DNA of 26,386 nucleotides from Clostridia bacterium (GCA_045586685.1 JAZNAU010000006.1:1-26386), one strand, 5' to 3'. Shown: positions 7,524 to 17,325, numbered from the stretch's first letter. Translations and numbers: made by a program. Notes: generated by a model from the sequence alone, not told the origin.

Positions 7524-8966
7524 TTATTCCTCACTAATGGCTACTGCTTCACCGTCGGACAACACCACACTCCAACAAGCCTGTACCCATTCTTCTTTTC
7601 CATTATCAATAAAACACAAGGAAACATCCTCCGCCTCATAAGAGTTCTCTGCGGATGCAGAAAATGCATCCAAAGCAGACACAAGAGGCATATTGGTAAT
7701 CTGTTCCTCGGTCGTTCGGTAATCCCGAAGTAAAATCCTCATAGAGACAATCCGGTCATCCTGAATTTCAAGCACCGCACCGTGATGCAAGGGATTGACC
7801 ATTTCTGATCCGTCATAATTGACCGCCACAGGACGGCCGTTCACCTGATAATCCATAGTAAAAGAAAAAGTTTCATAATGTTGCTCGGAAATATCAGAGG
7901 TTACCCTCATTTTAGGCATTTCCTCCAAGCCGGCTATCTGAAACAACTTAAAAATCCAGTCTGCAGTATGGTCCACCGACTCTAAGAAGGTCTGTGCATC
8001 TCCTGTTCCTTCCATATCATGTAATGAAATTCCGTAGCGGGCTTCAGTAGCATTGTATTCCAACAAACCATCCGGATACAAACGCAAGGTAGAACGGTCT
8101 GATACAAACACTCTGGCATCCGAAGCTTCTGTATATCTCCGAATGGTATTGGGGTTGTATCCAAACAGTCTTAACAATTCCTCCGCCTGTTCCATAGCAT
8201 CAAGATTTCCAAAAGGAACTCTTGCCTCCAGCACTTCCGTTTTCTGACTTTGATTGGAGGTGTCAAGCATCACGAAGGGATTTAAAATCAATTTCGGTAC
8301 CAGCTCCGAATCCTCCGGCTGACGGTAAAACCCCAATTCATAAGCCGAAAGCATTACATTGGAATTTCCGGTTCCGTAGCGATTGATTGCCTCTAACAGT
8401 TCTCCTCCGTCTGTTCCCAGAAGATAACGGTACACTGTGCCATCTTTTTTGTCCATCAGAAGAAGCTCTACATTGCTTTCCTTTGGCACCAACACAAGCT
8501 CGGTCACGGAAGAAACGGTATGATATACCGCTGATTCGCTGATTTCCACCAGTTGTCCCAGCACCCGCACCGGCATTTCTACGGGATACTGCAGTAAGAG
8601 GGAACGGGTTTTTAACGTATCATAGTACAATTTTTCCTCTATTTTTTCCATCTCAGCCTGTCCCTCTTTTAACCAGCGGGTCAGATTTTTCTTGGCAATT
8701 TCATAAACGGTGGCAAACTCCTGATTCCCTTCTGTGTAAATAGACCTCCTTGATCCCACACAATTTACCACCACTCTGTCCGGCATAAAAAGCTCCTCAT
8801 GTCGGGGAGCGGAAAACGCCTGCCGTTCAAATGGTGACATAGAATTCCACATAGAAAAAAAATTATAGCCTTCCGGCCATAATTTTTCTGCAAACCATAA
8901 TCGAAATGTCATTACAACACTGCATAATACAAGAATTGACAAAAACCATGTCAAAAATTTCTTCAT
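7524..8966 (-). CDS. yycH: YycH (WalH)-like regulatory protein
   Basis: N-terminal TM ending LW, 480 aa, LRLYPDGLLEY and DYQVNGRPV; synteny in the wal locus. Confidence 0.65.
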   Translation of the reverse strand: MKKFLTWFLSILVLCSVVMTFRLWFAEKLWPEGYNFFSMWNSMSPFERQAFSAPRHEELFMPDRVVVNCVGSRRSIYTEGNQEFATVYEIAKKNLTRWLKEGQAEMEKIEEKLYYDTLKTRSLLLQYPVEMPVRVLGQLVEISESAVYHTVSSVTELVLVPKESNVELLLMDKKDGTVYRYLLGTDGGELLEAINRYGTGNSNVMLSAYELGFYRQPEDSELVPKLILNPFVMLDTSNQSQKTEVLEARVPFGNLDAMEQAEELLRLFGYNPNTIRRYTEASDARVFVSDRSTLRLYPDGLLEYNATEARYGISLHDMEGTGDAQTFLESVDHTADWIFKLFQIAGLEEMPKMRVTSDISEQHYETFSFTMDYQVNGRPVAVNYDGSEMVNPLHHGAVLEIQDDRIVSMRILLRDYRTTEEQITNMPLVSALDAFSASAENSYEAEDVSLCFIDNGKEEWVQACWSVVLSDGEAVAISEE

Positions 8967-8985
8967 ACTATCACCACATTTTCTT

Positions 8986-9402
8986 TTATCTTACCGGGAA
9001 AGAAATACCCTGTCCAATCAAATTTACATCACAGCGAATCTGGCAGTACTGCCCGTCCAAAGTTTCTGCACGGACCAGCATAGAATTTCGCCCTGTGTTT
9101 AACCACAGAGGCATAAAAAACATTCCCGATTCGCCTACAGCAATACCCCCTGCAACCCATTCAAACACACCGGCATAATTGGCTCTGTAAAGGCTGACCA
9201 CTGCACCAGGCACCGCCCAGCCGGACACTGCGCAATAGGATTCTGCCACAGTTCCTCCTGAAAAGGAAGGATTTGTTACATACACCAAACCGCTTGTATT
9301 TCCACTATCCCATCCTGATACCGTTGGGGGTACAGCAGAAACGGAATATATACTCGTGAATAGTAAAAGCGCAATAATCAGTATCGAAACGGTTGTCTTC
9401 AT
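8986..9402 (-). CDS. Hypothetical secreted beta-rich (Ig-like) protein; start uncertain (9402 or 9438/9441)
   Basis: Signal peptide MKTTVSILIIALLLFTSIYSVSA; mature part has the pattern VSG.A.PGA.V...GxFxxxLxLxxGxNxxxVxA. Confidence 0.7.
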   Translation of the reverse strand: MKTTVSILIIALLLFTSIYSVSAVPPTVSGWDSGNTSGLVYVTNPSFSGGTVAESYCAVSGWAVPGAVVSLYRANYAGVFEWVAGGIAVGESGMFFMPLWLNTGRNSMLVRAETLDGQYCQIRCDVNLIGQGISFPVR

Positions 9403-9463
9403 AGTTTTCCGAATCCGGTCATGGCCGTTTCGGTACACCACCTTTCTCTTTTTGCTTACTACT

Positions 9464-9496
9464 ATTATACACGATAAAGGTTACAATATGATTACA
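9464..9496 (-). promoter_or_regulatory. WalR box plus -10 element: internal promoter of the wal locus
   Basis: TGTAAT-CATAT-TGTAAC (9480-9496) matches TGTWAH-N5-TGTWAH and lies 10 bp upstream of TATAAT (9464-9469). Confidence 0.75.
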
Positions 9497-9527
9497 TGGG
9501 AATTAAAAGAGAATTAAAAATCAAATT

Positions 9528-11357
9528 TCACCATTGGTCCATATCCTCCAGCAGTTCGCTGGCATCATATCGACTCTGGGCTTGCTCCACCACAACCTCG
9601 CTTCCCTCCTGTTTCACAGGCAATGTGATGGTCACTGTAGTCCCAACCTGTACCTTACTTTCAATGGTAATTTTACCTCCGTGGGCATCTGCAATTTCCT
9701 TGGCGATAGAAAGCCCTAAGCCTGTGCCTCCCTTTTCTCTGGACCGTGCCTTATCCACACGATAAAACCGTTCAAACAAACGTTCCAAATCTTCTTCAGG
9801 AATCCCGATTCCGTTATCCTTCACTTGAATCTGAACTTCACTGTCTTGATAAGAAGCAACAATCCGTATGGTACCCCCCTGGGGCGTATATTTAATCGCA
9901 TTTGACATAATATTAATCAACAACTGCTGAATTCTTCCCCGATCCCCTTCAATGTCCGGAAGATTTTCAGGAGCCATATACGTTAGAGTGTGCTGATGTT
10001 TTCTTGCGGGAACACTAAGAGTTTCTGTCAATTCGCTCAGCAGTTCATCAATGGAAAATCTGGTTTTACGCCATGAAATTTTATTGTAATCCATCTGAGA
10101 AAGAGTGAGCAAATCACGAACAATACCATTCATACGGTCTGTTTCCCGATTAATGGTTTCCAAAAAATTTATCGCCATATCCCGATTTTCCAGATTGTCG
10201 TCTAAAATGGTTTCAGAATAAGTTTTGATGGTAGTCAGAGGAGTTTTCAGCTCGTGAGAAACATTAGCAACAAATTCTTTTCTCAAATCATCCAACTTTT
10301 GCCGTTCGGTTATATCCCGCCAGGTCACAACCACACCTGTATTTTTTTCATCCTCTTTTTTAATGGGTGCTAATGTTACCGCAAGATAAGAGCCTTCAAA
10401 TTCCACAGTTCTCTCCACTGTGCCCTGAGTTTCCAAGTATAAAAACTGTCCTAACCGCACCCCTACTCCAATGGAACGGAAAAAGCTGTCAAACATCACA
10501 GTTTCGTCATCCGCCAAATGAAGCATTTTTCTCGCAACGGAATTACAAAGAATCATCTTTCCATCACGGTCAAAGGACATAACCCCGTCAGTAATATTCT
10601 GAATAATGGTTTCCTTTTTGTCTTCTTCCTCTGCTTTTGCCTGTTGGGTGCTTCGAATGGTCTGTGCCATATCATCAAAAGCATTGGTCAGTTCGCCCAA
10701 CTCGTCCGAAGCAAAAACTTCTCCCCGAGAATCATATTCCCCCATAGCAAGCTTCTGAACCCGCTTTGTAAGAACCGTTAAAGGCTGAGTAATGGCTTTG
10801 GACATAACAAGTGCCAGCAATACGGCAATCAGCGCCCCTGCCAGCAACGCCTGAAGCATTACCATAAAAATACTGCTGGTAATTTCATAAATTTCTTCCT
10901 TGGTGTCCCGAAGGTACAACAGAAAACCCGTGTCCTCAACAGGGTAGGCATAATCCATCGCCCTCTGTTCCACCTTAACCACATCACCTGTTATTCCGTC
11001 CATTGCGGCCAAAATGTTTTCTGTCCGCTCCAGTTGTTCTCCGTCGCCGTCACCTGAACCTGCCAGATAGGCTCCGTTTTTATCTAAAATATAATAATTG
11101 CGGTAAGAATCAATTCCAAACCGAGAGGAATAGATAGACATACATTCCATCATTTGCTCCACCGGCGAATCCGACCTTGCCGCAACCTTAAGCTGTTTTG
11201 TCACATCCTCCGTCAGACCCTTCCGGATTTGTTTGACAAAATCCTGATGGTAAAACTCGGAAACGCTGTTAATCATCACCGTACCGCTTACCACAATAAC
11301 GGACAGCACCAACAGCAGAAACACACCCACCAGCTTCCATTGAATACTTTTAAACAT
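9528..11357 (-). CDS. walK: Sensor histidine kinase WalK (2 TM, HAMP, PAS, HisKA, HATPase)
   Basis: FVANVSHELKTPL, NAIKYT, DNGIGIP and FYRVDKARSREKGGTGLGL; adjacent to walR and yycHI. Confidence 0.88.
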   Translation of the reverse strand: MFKSIQWKLVGVFLLLVLSVIVVSGTVMINSVSEFYHQDFVKQIRKGLTEDVTKQLKVAARSDSPVEQMMECMSIYSSRFGIDSYRNYYILDKNGAYLAGSGDGDGEQLERTENILAAMDGITGDVVKVEQRAMDYAYPVEDTGFLLYLRDTKEEIYEITSSIFMVMLQALLAGALIAVLLALVMSKAITQPLTVLTKRVQKLAMGEYDSRGEVFASDELGELTNAFDDMAQTIRSTQQAKAEEEDKKETIIQNITDGVMSFDRDGKMILCNSVARKMLHLADDETVMFDSFFRSIGVGVRLGQFLYLETQGTVERTVEFEGSYLAVTLAPIKKEDEKNTGVVVTWRDITERQKLDDLRKEFVANVSHELKTPLTTIKTYSETILDDNLENRDMAINFLETINRETDRMNGIVRDLLTLSQMDYNKISWRKTRFSIDELLSELTETLSVPARKHQHTLTYMAPENLPDIEGDRGRIQQLLINIMSNAIKYTPQGGTIRIVASYQDSEVQIQVKDNGIGIPEEDLERLFERFYRVDKARSREKGGTGLGLSIAKEIADAHGGKITIESKVQVGTTVTITLPVKQEGSEVVVEQAQSRYDASELLEDMDQW

Positions 11358-11379
11358 TGACTAACCTACTTCCATCGCC

Positions 11380-12084
11380 TCAGGACTTATCAAAATAGTA
11401 CCCGACGCCTCGTTTCGTAATAATATAAGTAGGAACGCTTGGCTGATCCTCAATCTTTTCTCTCAGCCGACGCACCGTAACGTCCACCGTACGAACGTCA
11501 CCGTAATATTCATAGCCCCATACCTTTTCCAACAGATTTTCACGGGTAAAAATCCGTTCCGGTTGGGTAGCCAAAAATTTCAATAATTCAAATTCCCTCA
11601 AGGTTAAATCAATAATTTGATCATTCTTTCGAACTTCATAACGGTCGCAGTTAATGGTCAATTCCTTGGAACGGATGATATTTTGTTCATCGCCTTCCTC
11701 ATTATCCCCTTTGGCTTTCTGATCGCTTCTGCGTAAATTCGCACGGATACGTGCCATTACCTCACGCACGGAAAAAGGCTTTGTAATATAGTCATCTGCA
11801 CCCAACTCCAATCCCAGAACCTTGTCCACCTCTTCTTCACGGGCAGTAAGCATCAGAATAGGAGTTGACATTTTTTCACGAACCTTACGGCAAACCTCAA
11901 ACCCATCCATTTTCGGCAACATCAAATCAAGTAAAATCAAATCGGGCTGTTCGGAAAGAGCTTTTGCCAGACCGTCCTCTCCGTCATAGGCTTCTATCGT
12001 ATGAAACCCTTCCTTTTCCAAATTGAATTTGAGAATATCTACGATTGTCTTTTCATCGTCTACAATTAAGATTTTCTTATCCAT
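11380..12084 (-). CDS. walR: OmpR-family response regulator WalR/YycF
   Basis: VWGYEYYGDVRTVDVTVRRLREKIED.PS.PTYIITKRGVGY is a YycF signature. Confidence 0.92.
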   Translation of the reverse strand: MDKKILIVDDEKTIVDILKFNLEKEGFHTIEAYDGEDGLAKALSEQPDLILLDLMLPKMDGFEVCRKVREKMSTPILMLTAREEEVDKVLGLELGADDYITKPFSVREVMARIRANLRRSDQKAKGDNEEGDEQNIIRSKELTINCDRYEVRKNDQIIDLTLREFELLKFLATQPERIFTRENLLEKVWGYEYYGDVRTVDVTVRRLREKIEDQPSVPTYIITKRGVGYYFDKS

Positions 12085-12114
12085 GAGGGAACCTCCCTTT
12101 TCTTTATCATTTCT

Positions 12115-12143
12115 ATTATATCAAAAAATTTTGGCAATTACAA
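12115..12143 (-). promoter_or_regulatory. SigA-type promoter of walRK
   Basis: TTGTAA-17 bp-TATAAT with a TGn extension. Confidence 0.7.
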
Positions 12144-12187
12144 TCCCTAATTTTAAAATTTTTAAAATTCCTATCAATGAAAATTCT

Positions 12188-12221
12188 AAAAAACGGTGCA
12201 GACATTCAATCCGCACCGTTT
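12188..12221 (-). terminator. Intrinsic terminator of the SLH gene
   Basis: AAACGGTGCGGA-TTGAATG-TCTGCACCGTTT followed by TTT. Confidence 0.75.
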
Positions 12222-12233
12222 CAGAAATCATTT

Positions 12234-15185
12234 TCACTTTTTAAGAAGAGGATTCATAGCATCATCCCAGATAAACACTTTCATTTCTTCCGTTCCGGAA
12301 ACCGCATCAAAAGTATTGGTTTCAGTAAAATCTTTTTTCGTAACAGTCTTAAGAGGTTTTCCGTTTTCCCCATAATATGCCACATACAACACTGCCTTTT
12401 CGTTCTCTTCCTCGGGGAAGATTACATCCACCTGTACAGACTCCACGTTTTTCGTTACTGTTGCATGGTAAAAAGTACGATGTGCCCGAAAACCAATCAG
12501 ACTGTAAACGGAAAATTTCTTTGCATATACCGTTACAGAATCCTCGCCTACTTCAATATATTCTCCATCAGCATTTGGAGTAGCTGTAAGGGACTCCAAA
12601 TTATCTCCATGTTTACGAAGCACCACATATTCCGCCATTCCCTTTTGTTCTGTAGGAATGGGGATACTGATTTCTATTGAAGAATCGGTTTCATTTATTT
12701 GCACGTTTTTCTCAATTTCCCCTGAAGTAATCTTCGTCAGCGTAATATCCATTTCGGCTATTTCTTCGTAATCAGAATAGTTGGATGACCGATATTCGTC
12801 CATTGCGGTGTCTTCAGGAGCATAACCGGAGCTTAACTGCACCGAAACGACGTTTCCTTCCATTGATGCATATGCATAATCCGCGTCTGTCAGCAATGCA
12901 TCCAGTCCTTCTACCCATTGTAACGGTTTTGCCCCTACAATATTTACTGCTGCCGATTCAAGTTCCAGTGTTCCCAATTCGTTTTCTTCTCCGTCGAAAA
13001 AGAAGGTTTGAGTCATTCCCTCATAATAAACGGTCAACATCAATTCTCGGGGGAACGTGTTGAAAGAAAAGGTTCCCTGTGCATCTGTCAAGATTTGCGA
13101 GCTGTTACCCACAAAAATCGTAGCATTGGACACCGGCTCATCATTATAAACCAAAGTTCCTGTATAGGTTTCCTGCTCGGGTAATACCGAAGCCGAAACG
13201 GTAATATCATAATCCGGCATCGTTTTCGGAAGCCCGATCCAACCCTGAAAACGCACCCCCAAATTAGGCACCGTAGGAGCAGTGATCGTCTTTCCGTATC
13301 CCACCGTTTGGGTCTGATAAACCTCTCCGTTCAGCAAATAAGTAATAGTATGCTTATTGTCAAGTGTAATATAATAGGTTTTCTTTTGTGTCAGACTTTC
13401 GTCTTCTGTGGCAAAGGTGAAGGTTGCGGTTTTCCTTCCGTCCGTTCCATCCGTCATCCAGTATATGGTGTCTTTTGGAAGGGGTTTATATTCCCCGTCA
13501 TTCATCTTATACTTGGTAAACCCATACACTTCAAAATCAAGAGAAACACTGTCATTGGTTGTAATCGTTTCTCCTTTCTCCAATACAACTTCTCCGTCAT
13601 AATATTCCAATCCGCACAGAATCTCGTTGTTGGAAACATACAATTTCATGTCCGTATTTGTATAATTTAAAATATCAAGATCCTTCACAGTAAGGGTTTT
13701 ATTGCTGACAGCAGTTCCGGTCAAATTGTCGTCGTTATAGTACTTGCCGCTTACCTTTGCCTTAGTATTGTTGTTGGCAAAGTTCACATGAGTGGTATAT
13801 AACTCCAATCCCATGTCGTTTAGCAACAAGGTTTTATCAGTTATCTTATAAACTTCTTGCCAACTACCATATTGAAATTGATATTCCACTTTCATTATTT
13901 TTGTTTCCAGTGCATTTGCCAGAAGTTGAGCTAACTGTTCGGTAGTCACGGCAGAATCTTTCGACAAACCTGTAATACCTTCTGCAATTCCCTCCCTGCT
14001 TACGACGTACATATAACCGGTAGGGAATCCACCTTTGTACTCTGCCATTGGCCCATATCCTAAAGCATCTACCAGTACTTTGCAAATTTGAGCATAGGTT
14101 ACTTCATCGTCGGGAGAAAACACGCCGTTTTCGGTACCGGATAGCAGACCGCTTTGATTCACAGCATTGATACAGCCGTTTAATTCCGTTCCCTTTTCCA
14201 CATCAGAAAAGATGGTTAAATCTTCCAGACCTTTTGCCATTTCTTTCATTCCCGTAATAGCAGTCAGTGCAACGGCTAACTCCCCACGGGTAACCTCTTT
14301 TTCGGGTTCGTCGTAAACCCAAGACATAATTCCTAAGTCATACACTATTTTAGCAGCCTCGTAGTATTCCTTGCTGACACTGCTTCGGTCAACAGGCTTT
14401 TCTTCTTCCGGTTCTTGGGAAGAGCCTGAACCGTTTTTCTTTACAATAATCCAATCGGAATATCCGCTGGGTTGATAGTCTCTGATATCCTCAGGCAATG
14501 CTCTAACTCTAATTTTTACTGTTGCCTCATTAAAAGGAAAACGCTCGGGATCATTTTCCTCAAACCATTTTAAAGTTTCTTCCAAAACTTCTGCAAAGGA
14601 ATAACTGTTGTCCCAATAAAAGACAGGTGCATAATCAGGATCATAGGTTTCGTCCGGATATTCTACAAGGGTATCCACAATATAATGTGCGGTTCCATTG
14701 TGGGTTCCTTGCCAGGTTACCTCCCCGTTTTTGTTGGATACAACCGTAGGTGCCGTTAATGCCGAGGATGGTTGTGTATAAATAAATTTACCGCTTGTCT
14801 TGGTTTCGATAATCTCAGCTTCGTCAATATCCCAACCGTCTCCTTCTAAACTGGATACGGTAAAATGATAAGAACCGGAACCATTTTCTGCAAATTCCGT
14901 GAGGAATACAGTTTCTTCCTCCCACCAGGAATCATCCGTCAGACCTTCTTCAATTCTTTCGCTAAAAACCTTTTGGTTGTCCTTATACAGTGTAAATTCA
15001 TAGTTGGTGATTCCTTCCTCATGATAGAACATAACGGTACAAGGCAGGGGCGATTCATCATCATAGGGATAGTCCTGCCCCCAATATACTTCTAATCCGC
15101 TTGCTCCGACTCCAACGGGCACAATCTGCATCACCATCATCAATAAAAGAAGTATGCCCACAATTTTTCTTGTTTTTCTCACCAT
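12234..15185 (-). CDS. Large secreted S-layer homology (SLH) domain protein, multidomain
   Basis: Signal peptide; SLH-like motifs VTRGELA, FSDV and FSPDDEVTYAQI; an InlB B-repeat-like segment (ITY..NG...FQGW..LPKTMP..DITV); a prealbumin-like TDAQGTF segment. Confidence 0.8.
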   Translation of the reverse strand: MVRKTRKIVGILLLLMMVMQIVPVGVGASGLEVYWGQDYPYDDESPLPCTVMFYHEEGITNYEFTLYKDNQKVFSERIEEGLTDDSWWEEETVFLTEFAENGSGSYHFTVSSLEGDGWDIDEAEIIETKTSGKFIYTQPSSALTAPTVVSNKNGEVTWQGTHNGTAHYIVDTLVEYPDETYDPDYAPVFYWDNSYSFAEVLEETLKWFEENDPERFPFNEATVKIRVRALPEDIRDYQPSGYSDWIIVKKNGSGSSQEPEEEKPVDRSSVSKEYYEAAKIVYDLGIMSWVYDEPEKEVTRGELAVALTAITGMKEMAKGLEDLTIFSDVEKGTELNGCINAVNQSGLLSGTENGVFSPDDEVTYAQICKVLVDALGYGPMAEYKGGFPTGYMYVVSREGIAEGITGLSKDSAVTTEQLAQLLANALETKIMKVEYQFQYGSWQEVYKITDKTLLLNDMGLELYTTHVNFANNNTKAKVSGKYYNDDNLTGTAVSNKTLTVKDLDILNYTNTDMKLYVSNNEILCGLEYYDGEVVLEKGETITTNDSVSLDFEVYGFTKYKMNDGEYKPLPKDTIYWMTDGTDGRKTATFTFATEDESLTQKKTYYITLDNKHTITYLLNGEVYQTQTVGYGKTITAPTVPNLGVRFQGWIGLPKTMPDYDITVSASVLPEQETYTGTLVYNDEPVSNATIFVGNSSQILTDAQGTFSFNTFPRELMLTVYYEGMTQTFFFDGEENELGTLELESAAVNIVGAKPLQWVEGLDALLTDADYAYASMEGNVVSVQLSSGYAPEDTAMDEYRSSNYSDYEEIAEMDITLTKITSGEIEKNVQINETDSSIEISIPIPTEQKGMAEYVVLRKHGDNLESLTATPNADGEYIEVGEDSVTVYAKKFSVYSLIGFRAHRTFYHATVTKNVESVQVDVIFPEEENEKAVLYVAYYGENGKPLKTVTKKDFTETNTFDAVSGTEEMKVFIWDDAMNPLLKK

Positions 15186-15217
15186 AAAACACCCTTTCTG
15201 GAGTTTTTCATGTTTTC

Positions 15218-15246
15218 ATTATAACACAAATGTCAAGAAATAGCAA
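15218..15246 (-). promoter_or_regulatory. SigA-type promoter of the SLH gene
   Basis: TTGCTA-17 bp-TATAAT with a TGn extension. Confidence 0.65.
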
Positions 15247-15247
15247 C

Positions 15248-15277
15248 AAAAAAATACCGAGTCAAAGACCCGGTATT
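15248..15277 (-). terminator. Intrinsic terminator of the LOG gene
   Basis: AATACCGGGTC-TTT-GACTCGGTATT followed by TTTTT. Confidence 0.8.
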
Positions 15278-15283
15278 GTATTT

Positions 15284-15862
15284 TCAGATATGCTTCGTCT
15301 GTTCTACACTCAAGCCAATATATTCGTACCGTTCCAGATAATCTAACACTTCCTCGCTCTTGTCAAAAAAACGATATAATTCTCTGCAGGCGGGTGCCAT
15401 AAAATGTCCCTCAATGGTTTCTTCCAGCATAGCAATCATGGTATCAAAAAAGCCGTTTATATTCAAGCAGGCAATGGCTTTTTTGTGCCGTCTCAGCTGT
15501 TTTAAGGTCAAAATCTCAAAAAACTCCTCAAAGGTTCCGATTCCTCCCGGCACCATGACAAAAGCATCCGCTTTATCTTCCATAATCTGCTTGCGTTCCC
15601 GCATGGTTTCAGTATAAATAAATTCGGTACAATCCTGATACAAAATTCCGTCCACATTAAAAAAGGAAGGAGCAACACCTGTGATATTTCCGCCACCCTT
15701 ATGAACGCCTCGTGCCGCCGCACCCATCAATCCTTCCGAACCGCCGCCAAACACCAGATGATGCCCCCGTTTTGCCAGTTGAAATCCAAATTCTTCCACC
15801 ACTGTAATGTAAGACCGATCCAGCTTATTACTGGATGCACCATATACACAAATATTCATCAT
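15284..15862 (-). CDS. LOG family nucleotide phosphoribohydrolase (TIGR00730-like)
   Basis: ICVYGASS, GGGSEGLMG, MRERK and PGGIGTFEE; SD AGGAGG precedes ATG 15862/15859. Confidence 0.92.
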   Translation of the reverse strand: MMNICVYGASSNKLDRSYITVVEEFGFQLAKRGHHLVFGGGSEGLMGAAARGVHKGGGNITGVAPSFFNVDGILYQDCTEFIYTETMRERKQIMEDKADAFVMVPGGIGTFEEFFEILTLKQLRRHKKAIACLNINGFFDTMIAMLEETIEGHFMAPACRELYRFFDKSEEVLDYLERYEYIGLSVEQTKHI

Positions 15863-15896
15863 CCAACCTCCTTCATAGCAGTTTATTCTGAATTTT

Positions 15897-15925
15897 ATTA
15901 TATCATGCCTGTTTTCTTTTTTCAA
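15897..15925 (-). promoter_or_regulatory. SigA-type promoter of LOG
   Basis: TTGAAA-17 bp-TATAAT with TGn. Confidence 0.7.
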
Positions 15926-15931
15926 TGCTTT

Positions 15932-15984
15932 TTTAAAAAATGCCCATCGTCATTTGCGATGAGCATTTTCTTTTTATTTCACTT
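15932..15984 (-). repeat. Copy 1 of a ~55-bp direct repeat containing a terminator hairpin
   Basis: TTTAAAAAATGCCCATCGTCATTTGCGATGAGCATTTTCTTTTTATTTCACTT, similar to 17472-17529. Confidence 0.8.
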
Positions 15985-16018
15985 ATGGTTCCTATCCCGC
16001 ACAAAGTTGTTTTTCGTA

Positions 16019-17278
16019 TCAATATATTGGTGTCGTGGGGTCGACGCATATTTTATCAAGGCAGTATTTCCCTTCCACAATCGGCTCCCGATTGATCCAC
16101 TTTCCACGGGTGAAATCCGGCACTTCCACCGGAGCACCCCCATTTGCTATAGACATTTCGGAAAGGGGCGTAATTGCCATCCACAGCACTGTGTCATAAA
16201 CGTCAATAGGTGTATTTACTCCTCGTTTTACGCTTTCAACAAAGGCTCTGCAAATCAGCCAATCCTTCCCTTCATGACCGCCTCTTGCCCCTAGCACAGC
16301 GTATTCCTTATGGAGAGGATGGTCGTATTTTTCATACATTTCATTTTCATTGTTCTCTGTTGGTTCTTCCATTCCTTCAAAAAACAGTGTATGCCGTTCT
16401 TCTGCATACATTCCTTTTGTTCCTCTCACCGTAAAATTACGGCTATAATAAGCTCTGGGCAGAGTGGTATCAAGACAAAGATGAACCGTTTCGCCGTTAC
16501 TGCAGGTGATAATGGTATTGATAATATCCCCCTGTTTGTAATCAATATTAGCATACGGACTATCTTCTCCCAGAACCTTTTTTGCCCCTTCCTTAAGACC
16601 TACAGCTTTTGATGCAAAGGAACTTAAGGTAAGCATTCTGTTTCCTCTGTTCAGTTTTAGAATTTTTGATATAGGGCCAAACTCATGGGTAGGATATTGA
16701 TCGCAGTTTCTGTGTATGTACGAGTGAATACGGTAGTGAGGATGTTCTTCGTTCACTCTTACAAATAGCTCTCGTTCGGGCAAGTAATGATGGTAACCTC
16801 CCGCACAATGAACAATTTCGCCGAACATTCCCTCCAGTGCCACATTCAGCACCATCATTTCAGGACGTCCGTAGCAAGTGTTTTCGAGCATCATCAGAGG
16901 CGAACCGCTTTTTTCGTATGAACGAATAAGGTCATAACAACTATTGATATCAAATGCACCGCCAACCTCAATCGCCGTATATTTTCCCGCAAGCATGGAT
17001 TTGCAAGCAAGCTCTGCGCGCCCGTCCCAACCGGTCAATATTACAACAGCATCTATCTCTTCGTTTGTTATTATGTCATCAAAATTTGTTGTTGTCGCCG
17101 GCACTTTGCTATGATTTTCTTGAAAATATTGAGCCATTCTCTCCACATACGGCTTATATGTATCGCAAATCATCGCAATTTCAACATCCTTCATTTGTGC
17201 AAAACATTCGTTCACAAGATATTGCGCTCTTTTCCCAAGACCGACAACCCCAAGTTTGATTGTTTCTTTCATAAGCAC
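16019..17278 (-). CDS. Gfo/Idh/MocA NAD-dependent enzyme, GH109 (alpha-N-acetylgalactosaminidase)-like
   Basis: GVVGLGKR Rossmann motif, AIEVG, MMLENTCY, YPTH, DTTLPR, GGHEGKD, IDVYD and VPDFTRGKW; no signal peptide. Confidence 0.8.
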   Translation of the reverse strand: MLMKETIKLGVVGLGKRAQYLVNECFAQMKDVEIAMICDTYKPYVERMAQYFQENHSKVPATTTNFDDIITNEEIDAVVILTGWDGRAELACKSMLAGKYTAIEVGGAFDINSCYDLIRSYEKSGSPLMMLENTCYGRPEMMVLNVALEGMFGEIVHCAGGYHHYLPERELFVRVNEEHPHYRIHSYIHRNCDQYPTHEFGPISKILKLNRGNRMLTLSSFASKAVGLKEGAKKVLGEDSPYANIDYKQGDIINTIITCSNGETVHLCLDTTLPRAYYSRNFTVRGTKGMYAEERHTLFFEGMEEPTENNENEMYEKYDHPLHKEYAVLGARGGHEGKDWLICRAFVESVKRGVNTPIDVYDTVLWMAITPLSEMSIANGGAPVEVPDFTRGKWINREPIVEGKYCLDKICVDPTTPIY

Positions 17279-17325
17279 ATTCGCTCCTCCAATGTGTTTT
17301 AGTCTCTTGTCTGTTGAACGAGTTT

